Assembly: GCF_001194135.2 (NCBI RefSeq) | Contig: NC_068994.1 | Coordinates: 17,741,546-17,805,545 of the forward strand | DNA length: 64,000 nucleotides | Direction: 5' to 3' | Source: Octopus bimaculoides | Taxonomy: Eukaryota | In this document: positions 1-11,004 of the stretch, in pieces | How the letters are laid out: each line of letters opens with the position of its first letter | How positions within the stretch are numbered: position 1 is the stretch's first letter | Made by a program: the position numbers and the translations under genes | Notes under the pieces: model-generated | What the model saw: only the letters and a program-made list of their open reading frames with translations | Database searches by the model: none | Told to the model about the DNA's origin: nothing

Positions 1-86
1 ACAATTTAGGTCTTAATAGACACAAGATGTGATCTATTTCTAGCACATTGAATGTCCACGTTAGTGGTCAACGTTATATATGTATA

Positions 87-127
<41 letters not shown>

Positions 128-529
128 TAGCTGGTGTACCCAGTAATTCCCGGGGGTAAAGATGTTCTATTGAAATGCCTTATTACTCTGATATAAGAAA
201 GCAATTCCTTTATAACTGCCACAAAAGGTGTATTTTCCATGACGAAAAAGTACAAAAAACTGTCAGTTGGAGGAGGGAGAGATTGTCGGAGGTTGGTGAG
301 AGGCAAAGACATTATTCTGCTTAGTGAAGGCATCTGGGAAATGTATAACTGCTGTCATTCACAGAAAAACTTTTGTTTTACCGTGAGAAAAGCTCTGTTG
401 AAGTGTTAATTGAAATTTGTCAATCAAGGATTGAATCCAAGCTACGCCAGCATGAAGCCGCTACAAATACGTTGTGGAATAAAAAATTTATCTACTGTCA
501 TGGAAAAAGTGTACACCATATGTCTAGAC

Positions 530-715
530 CAGTGCTCCGCAACCTTTTTCAACTTGCAATACACTTATATTCTTTTCAAAATTCAGCAGCACACCTGAAC
601 TGAAAATATTACGAAAAACGTAGGGGATAAAATTATATTCAGGTTACATAGCAGCACACCTAGCATCGTCTTGTGGCACACCAGTGTGCCGCAGCATGCT
701 GGTTGCAGAGCACTG
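530..715. mobile_element. hAT MITE
   Basis: TIR CAGTGCTCCGCAACC / GGTTGCAGAGCACTG; TSD GTCTAGAC / ATCTAGAC (7/8). Confidence 0.85.
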
Positions 716-829
716 ATCTAGACCATACAGTACTACACAACTCTTCTATGCTATATAACATTGCACCATACATAACAGTGATGATCATTATTGTAAAGAT
801 CTTAAATGATCATAATAATTTTTCACAAA

Positions 830-1240
830 TGGCTGTGTGGTAAGTAGCTCGCTTACCAACCACATGGTTCCGGGTTCAGTCCCACTGCGTGGCATCTTGG
901 GCAAGTGTCTTCTACTATAGCCTCGGGCCGACCAAAGCCTTGTGAGTGGATTTGGTAGACGGAAACTGAAAGAAACCCGTCGTATATATGTATATATATA
1001 TATATATATATGTTTGTGTATGTGTATGTTTGTGTGTCTGTGTTTGTCCCCCCAACATCACTTGACAACCGATGCTGGTGTGTTTACGTCCTCGTCACTT
1101 TAGCGGTTTGGCAAAAGAGACCGATAGAATAAGTACTAGGCTTACAAAGAATAAGTCCTGGGGTTGATTTGCTCGACTAAAGGCGGTGCTCCAGCATGGC
1201 CACAGTCAAATTACTGAATCAAGCAAAGAGTAAAGAGTAA
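830..1240 (+). mobile_element. tRNA-derived SINE family A
   Basis: A-box-like TGGCTGTGTGG, B-box-like GGTTCAGTCCC, central (TA)/(TG) microsatellite, shared 3' half ending (AAGAGT)n; many homologous copies in window. Confidence 0.85.
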
Positions 1241-1944
1241 TTGAAGATTCTGTAAGCTGTCACCATACTTAAAAAAAACAACAACAGTAACAAAATGTTG
1301 TCTTTGGAATACAGACAATAATAAAGCAAAAAAAAAAAAATATATGAAACAAATCATAGGAAACCCATCTGAATAGAGAAATAAATATTCAAATAAAATT
1401 ATATAACATTGTAATCATCAACTGAACTGGCATTCACTGCCAAAAGATAATGTCTGTGTCAAACTGATAAATTATAAGACCATAATGTTGGAAGTGGGAA
1501 ACTAGGAGAGAGGTGAGACAAATGCTCTGTTCTTTCTTCTATTTTCTTCCTGTTTTTTATTTTCTTCCTTTTTTATTTTCTGTTGGTTGGGGAGTAAGTG
1601 AGGGAAATAAATTTTTAATGGAAAGCAAAACCATATAAAAGCCAAATAAAATACAATAAAATTGATTTACATTCTATTAAGATTTAAAATAAACAAGCAA
1701 ATCTGTATATTAGAAAAACGAGTGGAATGCTAAAGCAAAATAATAAAATGAAATGTTTACTAAATATTTCTCAATAAGTCTGTTAAATAACGTTACCTGT
1801 TTTTATGCATGCATGCATGCATACAAGCATAAATGTGTGTGTGTGTGTGTGCATGTGTGCATGTATGTATATGTGTGTACATGAACATATATATAAATAT
1901 ATATATTTATACATATATGTACACATATATATATATATGTATAT

Positions 1945-2135
1945 ATTTGACCGTTGACTGAACACTATTCAATTTTTTTTCTCCGTGTTTTTCTCCTTGT
2001 CTCCGTATTCTTTCTGTTGAAGAGCGTAGCTCGAAACGTCAAAGACTTTCCGTATTCCCGAGCGTCATACTAATATATACTTTTGTTATTTACACCACCT
2101 GTCCTCGTCTGTTGTTATTTTTTGTATATTCTCCC
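1945..2135 (+). mobile_element. Short dispersed repeat carrying a minimal hammerhead-like motif (Penelope-like element derived?)
   Basis: Homologous to 57295-57470; contains TCTTT-CTGTTGA-A-GAGC/GTA/GCTC-GAAACGTC-AAAGA. Confidence 0.55.
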
Positions 2136-2220
2136 ATATATATATTTATATATATATATGTATGTATATATATATATATATATATACACACACATACATA
2201 CATATATATATACACACACG

Positions 2221-2264
<44 letters not shown>

Positions 2265-2276
2265 TACATATATATG

Positions 2277-2320
<44 letters not shown>

Positions 2321-2460
2321 CATACACACATATGCATGTGTGTATTTGAACATATATATAAGTATTTACATGTATATTTTCATATATATATATGTGTGTG
2401 TGTATGTATGTATATGAACACACACACATACACACACACAACCACACACACACACACACA
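2130..2460. repeat. Compound (TA)n/(CA)n/(TG)n microsatellite field
   Basis: Directly visible; other runs at 75-127, 1810-1945, 18500-18640, 43765-43800. Confidence 0.95.
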
Positions 2461-3115
2461 CAGTAATTTCAAAAATCTGCATTCATGTAAGAAAGTACAT
2501 GTAACCGAAAAGAAAAATAAGATGCAAAACAAACAACAAACACAAGGGAGAAGATATTAACAAAATTTAACTGTAAATATGAGATAAAAATGAGAGAATC
2601 ATGTATTTATTTGACAGTTAGAGAAAGAGATAGAACTGTTGAGTCCTGTACCTTTTGATTATTTATAACGAAGAAGTAATGAAGTCAGAGACATTGAAGT
2701 GTACATAAAACAACAACAATATATGTCTAAGATTGATAAAAACTGCATTTTAGCCTCTTTTTTTCCTTTTCATCTTCAAGGTACTTTTTTAGTTTCATAA
2801 TTTCTTAATTCTGGCCATCACATATCTCTCTCCTCCTCCTCCTCTCTCACTCTCTTTCACACTCACACACATATGCACACAGTTTATGCAGCGCACAAGT
2901 TATGGAAGGGTTACTTAAGTTCTATGTAGCTACAGGCCAATAACACTCAAGAAGAGCTTAATGTTTGTCATCATCGAGAACCATCAGGCCAAAACCCCCT
3001 CAATATCACTACTGTAAAGATGTTATGGTGAATAGAATTTAATGCTCATTGCTATCCACAAACCCCAAAACTTTTCCCAAAATTAATGTCACAGACATAA
3101 AAGAAAGTTAAAGTA

Positions 3116-3584
3116 TAGGCGTAGGAGTGGCTGTGTGGCAAGTAGCTTGCTTACCAATCACATGGTTCTGGGTTCAGTCCCACTGCGTGGCACCTTGGGC
3201 AAGTGTCTTCTGCTATAGCCTCGGGCCAACCAAAGCCTTGTGAGTGGATTTGGTAGATGGAAACCGAAAGAAGCCCGTCGTATATNNNNNNNNNNCTTGT
3301 GAGTGGATTTGGTAGATGGAAACCGAAAGAAGCCCGTCGTATATATGTATATATGTATGTGTATGTATATGTTTGTGTGTCTGTGTTTGTCACCCCAACA
3401 TCACTTGACAACCGATGCTGGTATGTTTACGTCCCCCGTAACTTAACAGTTCGGCAAAAGAGACCGATAGAATAAGTACTGGGCTTACAAAGAATAAGTC
3501 ATGGGGTCGGCTTACTCGACTAAAGGCGGTGCTCCAGCATGGCCACAGTCAAATGACTGAAACAAGTAAAAGAGTAAAAGAGTA
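3116..3584 (+). mobile_element. SINE family A (contains N gap)
   Basis: Homologous to 830-1240. Confidence 0.85.
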
Positions 3585-3789
3585 ATAAATTTATATTTTC
3601 AGACCCAATGAATAACCATCCAAGAGACTTTCAGAGTGTCTGACTTATTGCTTTGTATACAGTTACACGATTTCCCATATTTTATCTATCTTTATTATTT
3701 ACTATGCATTCTTAAGAGCAAATCCAACTGGTTAGAGTGAAAATATATGCTGTCTTCCTCAGTGATTTATTTAGAAGATTTAAACCTAG

Positions 3790-4282
3790 AGGCACAGGCA
3801 TTGCTGTGTGGTAGGAAGCTTACTTCCTAACCACATGGTTCCAGGTTCAATCCCACCGCACGGCACCTGGGACAAATGGATTCTACTATTATCTCAAGTT
3901 GACCAAAACTTTGTGAGAGAATTTAGTAGATAGAAACTGAAAGAAGCCTTTTGTGTGTGTGCGTGTGTATGTGTGTGCACATGTGTGTGTATGTGTGTGC
4001 ATGTGTGTAAATGTATGCATATGTATGCATATATATGTACAGGTATGCATCTATGCATGTGTGTCTTTGTATTTGTTTGTCCCCATCACTGTTTGACAAC
4101 CAATGTTGGTTTGTTTGTGTCCCCATAACTTATTGATTAGCTAAGAGAGACTGACAGAATAAGTACCAGGCTTTAAATTTAAAAAAAAGTACTGGGTTTC
4201 ATTTGTTTCACTAAGCCCTTCAAGACTGTACACCAGCATGGCCACAGTCCAATGGCTGAAACAAATAAATGGCAAAAGACAA
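3790..4282 (+). mobile_element. SINE family A, older diverged copy
   Basis: Same head, microsatellite and tail, more substitutions. Confidence 0.75.
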
Positions 4283-6171
4283 GTATAATTCTTTTATAAC
4301 CTTCTATACATAGTGTTGTGTCGACGCCCCCGGGCGAAGAAGTAGGATCTCCCAAGACATATAAATAGAGGTAGTCTGGCCGTGGTAGGTGAGTGGAGTA
4401 GCAGTTGTGTAGCGGTTGAGTAGAGATCATCCGAAGGTGCTGATAGCAGTAGCTTGAGACATAACACATAGGATATATAGATTTCACGAAGCAGGGATAG
4501 ACACAGTGGTCTTCACACGACGTACTTCAAATTACTCCACTAAACACCATACTCCTATAAATACAAACTCTCAATGACTCCTACGACTTCTCTTATCTCA
4601 ACCAATACACTACTCTTTATAAGAGATCAGCTAGTCCATTCTTTCAATCCTGTAGGGGTGTCAATGACTCTTGCCACAACACTCTTTTCTGCCACTTGTA
4701 TTATGGCCTTTGAACCTCAAGGGTATGCCCTGGCACTTTCCACCATCTATATCTCTCCCTTCCTTTACTCAACCTTCCCATTTATATTCTGATCCCCCTT
4801 CCTTGTGAGTATGCTTGGCATTTTGCTACCATCTCTATCCTGCTGTATCTCACTCTCTCCTTCTCCTGCACTTCCCTTAGGTTGGGTAACCATGTATTTC
4901 TTTTGCGGTCGTGCACCTGTTTCTGTCTTCATTCCTGATCTCTCTCTCTCTCTCTCTCTCCGGCTGGGTAACCTTGTACTTCCTCTGCAACAAAACATCT
5001 GTTTCTGTCTCTTTGTCTCACTGTAACCTTTCATCATCCAACACAAGATTACCTCCTCCAATGCCCCCTCCTCTCTTGAAAGTTTTTTTTATTTGTCTTG
5101 CAAGTACTTGGTAACCCTGTCAGTGTAGGTGCCACTCAAAAGTACCCAGTCCAAAACTGACCTCGCCTGTGTTTGTGCCCCATAAAAAGCACTAAGTCTA
5201 CTCTGCTGATTTGTTGTGGTTAGGAAGGGCATCCAGCTGTAAAAATCCTGTCAAAACAGTCACAGGAGTTAGGTACAGGCTTCTGCCTGGCCAGCTCTTG
5301 TGAAACTGTCTCACCCATGCTAGGGTGGAAGGCGGGTATAAAACAAGGATGATGGTGATGATGATGATGATGATGATGATAAAGATTCAACGACAATAGT
5401 ATTATTTTGCATCAGCATATATACATAACTGAGATGGAAAATCCATTACATACACAAACACAGAGGATTATATTAAAACATACACGTGTACATCCATTAT
5501 ATCTGCAGATTTCTAAGCCTTCTCCTTCTCTCAAAACATGAGTATGTGATAATTTGACATGCTAGCATTGTGTAATACTTGACATAAATTGCTACATATG
5601 CAGCATTAGCTACTGCCATCTAAAAGAGAGTCATCCAGCTTATAGGTAAGCTTTTAATCATCAACAGTCAGCAAACACTACCATCACTATCATGCTGTCT
5701 CTTCTCCAGGTTTATACTTCTTTAAATTTACTAACTGTATGCTGTCACAACCCAAATAGTCAAGTGGCTTAGGAAAGTTACTATCAGTTACTAGGGTGGA
5801 TAAAAACAACATATTCAGCATCAGATTCCATTAAGTGCTATTAAAAATATTAGCAAAGGAGTCCAATGGAGTTTTTTTTTAAATATGCATTAAAAACATA
5901 CAAACCAAAAGCAAACAAAATAAAATTATTAAATAAATTCTCGTCATGGATGCCAGGTATTTATGACATGAATTCTTTATTAAAATAACTACAGGTGCAG
6001 GTGTGGTTATGTAGGCACAGGTATAGTTGTGTAGTAAGAAGCTTCCTTCCCAACCGCATGGTTCTGGGTTCAGTCCCACTGCATGGCACCTTGGGCAAGT
6101 GTCTTCTACTGTAGCTTCAGGCCGACAAAAGCCTTGTGGGTGGATTTGGTAGACAAAAACTGATAGAAGAC

Positions 6172-7955
6172 TATTGTCATCATCTTTATCATCATTGTTT
6201 AATGTCCACTTTCCATGCTGGCATGGGTTGGACGGTTTGACTGAGGATTGGCAAGTCAGGAGGCTACACCAGGCTCCAATCTGATCTGGCAAGATTTCTA
6301 CAGCTGGATACCCTTCCTAACACCAACCACTCCAAGAGTGTAGTGGGTGTTTTTTACGTGCCACTGGCACATGGGGCCAGTCAGATAGCACTGACATTGA
6401 CCATGCTCAAATGGTGCTTTTTATGTACCACTGGCACAGGAACCAGTCAGGCGGCATTGGCATCAACCATGCTCGAATGGTGCTTTTTATGTGCCACAGG
6501 CAGAGCTGCCAGTCAGGCAATGATTTCACTTGACTCAACAGGTCTTCTCAAGCACAGCATATTGCCCTATGATTGAAGAGTACTCTTAAATGGGCCATTT
6601 ATGTGACACTGGCGTAGGTCACAGCTTCGATTCCACTTGGCTTGCTGGGTCTTCTCAAGCACAGCATATCTCCAACGGTCTCGGTCGCTTGTCATTGACT
6701 CTGTGAGGCCCAACGTTTGAAGGTCGTGCTTTACCACTTCATCCCAGGTCTTCCTGGGTCTACCTCTTCCACAGGTTCCCTCCACTGTTAGGGTGTGACA
6801 CTTCTTCACACAGCTGTTCTCATTCATACATAACACATGACCATACCAGCACAGTCTTCTCTCTTGCATGCCACAGCTGATGCTTTTTATGTCCAACTTT
6901 TCTCTCAGGGTACTTACAATCTGTTGTGCATGCACACTGACATTACACATCCAGAGGAGCATACTAGCTTCAGCAGTCACTGCCCATGTTTCACTGCCAT
7001 GTAGCATGGCTGTTTGCACACATGCATCATACAGTCTACCTTTCACTCTGAGTGAGAGGCCCTTTGTTACCAGCAGAGGTAGGAGCTCTCTGAACTTTGC
7101 CCAGGATATTCTTATTCTAGCAGCTACACTCTCAGAGCATCCACCCCTGCTACTGACTTGGTCACCTAGGTAACAGACTATCAACTACTTATAGTTTTTC
7201 CACTTGGCATGTAATGGAAGTTGTTTTCTGTACATTTTCAGTGTTTATTACTCCTATGCATCTGCCACACACAAAAATCGTCTTCCCAGTTAACCTTCCT
7301 TTGATATTGCTGCACCTCTTATGTGTCCATAGCTTATACCAAGTACATCTTATGAAGGGATTTGTGGTTTGTCTGCCTTCCTGCTTACTAAGACTTTAGT
7401 TTCTGCTAGATTGACTCTAAGGCCCTTTGATTCTAGGGCTTCCACACCTGAAACTTCTCCTCTAGTTCTAGTAGTGACCCAGTTATTAGAGCAAGGTCAC
7501 CAGCATAGAGGAGCTCCAGGGGCAGCCTGTCTTGAATTCCTCTGTTATTGTCTGGAGGACTATGATGAATAAGAAGGGGCAGAAGATTGGTCCTTGGTGG
7601 ACCCCTACTTCTACCCAGAATTCTTCACTATACTCATTGCCAACCCTCACCTTACTGACAGCGTCCTAGTGCATGACTCGCACAGCTCTCATTAACCATT
7701 CTTCTATCCCAAGTTTCCTCATTGACCACCAGATAAGGGATCGGGGGACCCTGTCAAAGGCTTTCTCCATGTCAACGAAAGCCAAGTACAGAGGTTTATC
7801 TTTGGCTAGGGATTTCTCCTGCAGCTGTCTTACCAGAAATATAGCATCAGTGGTGCTTCTCCTTGGCACAAACCCAAACTGCATCTCGTCTAAACTAACT
7901 CTCTCCCTAATTAGTTGGGCTATGACTCTCTCCATGACTTTCATCACCTGATCCA
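6172..7955 (-). mobile_element. 5'-truncated RTE-clade LINE (RT fragments, 3' UTR, (GAT)n tail)
   Basis: ORFs 7666-8022 (QFGF...STTDAIF...LAFVDMEKAFDRVPR) and 6567-7184 (YLGDQ...RLCWYGHV...GRGRPRKTW) are RTE RT and C-terminal motifs; frameshifted between them. Confidence 0.88.
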
Positions 7956-7979
7956 CACCCACACCCACACCCACACACG

Positions 7980-8018
<39 letters not shown>

Positions 8019-8339
8019 GCATGTATGTATGTATGTATATATCTGTGTGTCAGTGTTTGTCCTCTCAACACCACTTGACAACCAGTGTTGGTGTGTTTAC
8101 ATCCCCATAACCTAGCAGTTCAGTGAAAGAAACTGATAGAAAAAGTTCTAAGCTTAAAACATAAGTCCTGGGGTCAATTTGTTTAGCTCAAAACCCTTCA
8201 AGGTGGTGCCCCAGCATGGCTGCAGTCAAATGACTTAAGCAAGATAAAAGATACAATCATTTAAATTTCATTGTCAGAACTTTATTTTCATACAAACAAC
8301 TCTCACATCAATTATTGTTATTAAGTGAGTGGTACTGAT

Positions 8340-9700
8340 TTGCAGTGTTTCTATCATTGACATGCAGTTTGCAATTCTCTTTGGAGTACATTTATACTTG
8401 CAAAGTGATGAGCAGCCCAAATTTTGGCACACTTTCACTCAGAGAAGTATTCTTTGCAGGAACACTTGATCCACACCTTTCATGCTATGGAAATTTTCAG
8501 AGATTGTTTCTCAAAGTGGTTCCCATGACTCTAATACTTTGGTTCAGTGAAAATCTTGCGGAGAAGCACATCACTAGTAAATAGCAATTTGTTCATTACT
8601 CAATTATTCTGAAAAAGAAGTTTTCTTTTTGTCTCATTGACAAGAGTTCAACAGATTGATTTTGTGAAACAGGACAGCAGTGAATCTCAAGTTTCTTGAA
8701 AGGGTTAAAGCCAACACCTAAGGATTGCCAGTTTTTATGGTGTCTTTATAGATCTGTCAGGCCTTCTACACTGACTGCTTGCTCTTGCTGTTGAAAGCAG
8801 AGATTGTATCACAATCTATAAATACATGGACTGTAAATGATGTCCATAATCATAACACTTCTAGGCTTCTTGTGATGCTTCTGGTGCTCTTGCTATTTGG
8901 TGGGGTAAAACATGTAATTTTTGCTCATTCCAAAGCCACTATTGTCCGCCAAAGGTAGAGCTGTTGTCACATCATGGAATATGTCTGCCAGAATGATTAT
9001 GTCTGTGTCTATATTACCTAGTTGAATAGTGTTTTCCCTATGCTCCTTTACATGCAGTACATGAACTATAATCTTGGTGTTCACCTACTCATGGTTATTG
9101 TTTTGGATGGAAATGCTGGAACTATCAATATTACAGCTTACCCTGACATAACATGCACAAATTGGGCTGAAAGCAAATTGTTATCTTGAATCTTGATAGT
9201 CAAAATGGGAAAAGGCTCTTTCTTAATGACTGGGTCATGCCAGATGTCCATCTAAACTGCCTGGCAGTTTGATTTTGTTTGACCCTTTCTTGTATATATA
9301 TATGCATATCTCATTCACTCTCATGACAACTTGCAGCTGCTTCTTCATGTAAGGTATAATAAATATCTTGTCAGCATATTCATAGAAGGTGGCTTTGGTT
9401 GTCTGGAAAACCAAATCATTTCAGATAGTTAGGCTTTATATGGCAATTGAAGTTCGCCCAACTCTAAAAGGGAAGGTAGTATTTCATGTGCTAAGATCTC
9501 AACCAAGTCACTTTCCGGGTTCTGGATAGATATGTATAGCAGACTAAAGAATATCGCATTGTTCTAAAGTGCTTTTCTTTTACTGCTGAGAATTTATTGT
9601 GATAAAGTTTTTGAAGAGGTAAAAAGAATTTCTCTTGACTGTAATACACTGTGTAACAATTGTCTTTGGTCAATAAGTGTTATTTCCTGTTTACTTCTAT
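8340..9700 (-). pseudogene. Decayed DNA-transposon ORF with XPG/PIN-like nuclease and Cys-rich tail (AcademX-like)
   Basis: Reverse strand pieces: TFYEYADKIFIIPYMKKQL; TKIIVHVLH...IDTDIIIIL; DCDTISAFNSKSK; IKCSCK. Confidence 0.55.
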
Positions 9701-10489
9701 CTAGAAGTCAAAAGGAATGACTACTATTCCCTTCAAGCATTGTGACCTGGACATTAATGCTTTGAAACTGATCTATTTTCCATTATATTGCAGATGGATT
9801 CAGCACTGAGTTGCTGAAGCAGAAATATCATTATAGCAAATATTTTGATCAATAGCACAGATTTGCTTGACCATAACCACTTGAGCATGTCCCTTAGTGG
9901 CTGACAATATGTGCATCTCTGATCATGAGCAGGAGTAGTGGGGGAGTATCATAGCCATGTGTTGAGAGGGATTCTTTCAAGCTAATTAAAATTGTGACCT
10001 TTCATGTGTACAGGTACTTGCACAACATCCTTATCTCAGTTAAGAGATCCTAGCCATGTGGGCTCATGGGTGCTAGTGCCATGTAAAAGCAGTCATGCTA
10101 GTGCTATGTAAAAGTACCCAGTACATGCTGTAAAGTGGTTTGCGTTGGCAAGGGCATCTAGCTGTAGAAACCTTGCAAAAACAGACAAATGGAGCCAGAG
10201 CAGCTCTTCAGCTGGCCAACTCCTGTCAAACCATCCAATCCATGCCAGCATGGAGAATGGATGTTAAAAGATGAGATGAGAAACAGACAGTTATTTCTCT
10301 AATTTGTTTCTGTCTTATAAAAAAAAAACAAAAAAAACAACCCAAGGGGAGAGAGAGGTAAGTAATTTAATCATTTGTTCAGGGAAATTACGCTGCTATT
10401 TTTGTAGCCCATCAAGTAAGCACGCTTTTGTCACTTTTTCAGTTGATTTACCAATTTAGATTTAGAACTCAATTCATGGTAGAATCTTA

Positions 10490-10523
<34 letters not shown>

Positions 10524-10539
10524 AGAAAAGAAAGAAAAT

Positions 10540-10950
10540 GGGACAGAATGTGTGCGACACAAGGGACGTAACAGAAGAATACAACAATGCTTCTAATTTT
10601 CAATAACAAATTTGAAAGAGCAATGTTTTCCCTGCAGAGCGGTAATCTTCCAGTGAGCCGAATTCACGACCCAGTTTCAATTCTGAGTCAAAGCCATCAC
10701 TTCTCTAACATCCCTAAAGCTCTTGAGAAAAGACACAAACGTGAAAGAATTTAACACCCTAAAGTAATTAAGAAGCATTGTATTTTTGTAGGAAACCAAC
10801 AACCATTAAAAAGAACAGACGGTTTTCTCCTAAAATATTCTGTAAGTTAGGTTTCATAATTCGGAAAATCTAGTGAAGGAGATAGGAAAGCAAGGGAGAT
10901 AATTACTGTTTTAGACTTGTTGACTTTCCAATGACGACACATTTGGCAAG
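10540..10950 (+). promoter_or_regulatory. Probable SMYD5 promoter/5' UTR region
   Basis: CpG-retaining unique sequence directly upstream of the start codon; TSS not determinable. Confidence 0.35.
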
Positions 10951-11004
10951 ATGGCAACGGACCAAGTACAAGGTGTCGAAGTAAAGGTTGTCAACTCGGA
11001 TAAG
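10951..11004 (+). CDS. SMYD5: SMYD5 coding exon 1 (MATDQVQGVEVKVVNSDK)
   Basis: ATG in strong context (aagATGg); VEVKVVNSDK resembles human VEVRFVSSAK; donor AG|GTAGGT; phase 0 joins GKGLFA of exon 2. Confidence 0.85.

Noticed and set aside
1783-2560. Many overlapping 60-132 aa ORFs rich in Y/I/H/T/C/V
   Set aside because: Translations of (TA)/(CA)/(TG) microsatellites; the same applies to SINE-derived ORFs ending ...GLNPEPCGW
3237-3340. Apparent tandem duplications either side of short N gaps (also 21290-21400 and 36440-36550)
   Set aside because: Identical sequence flanking a 10-N gap is an unmerged contig overlap, i.e. an assembly artefact
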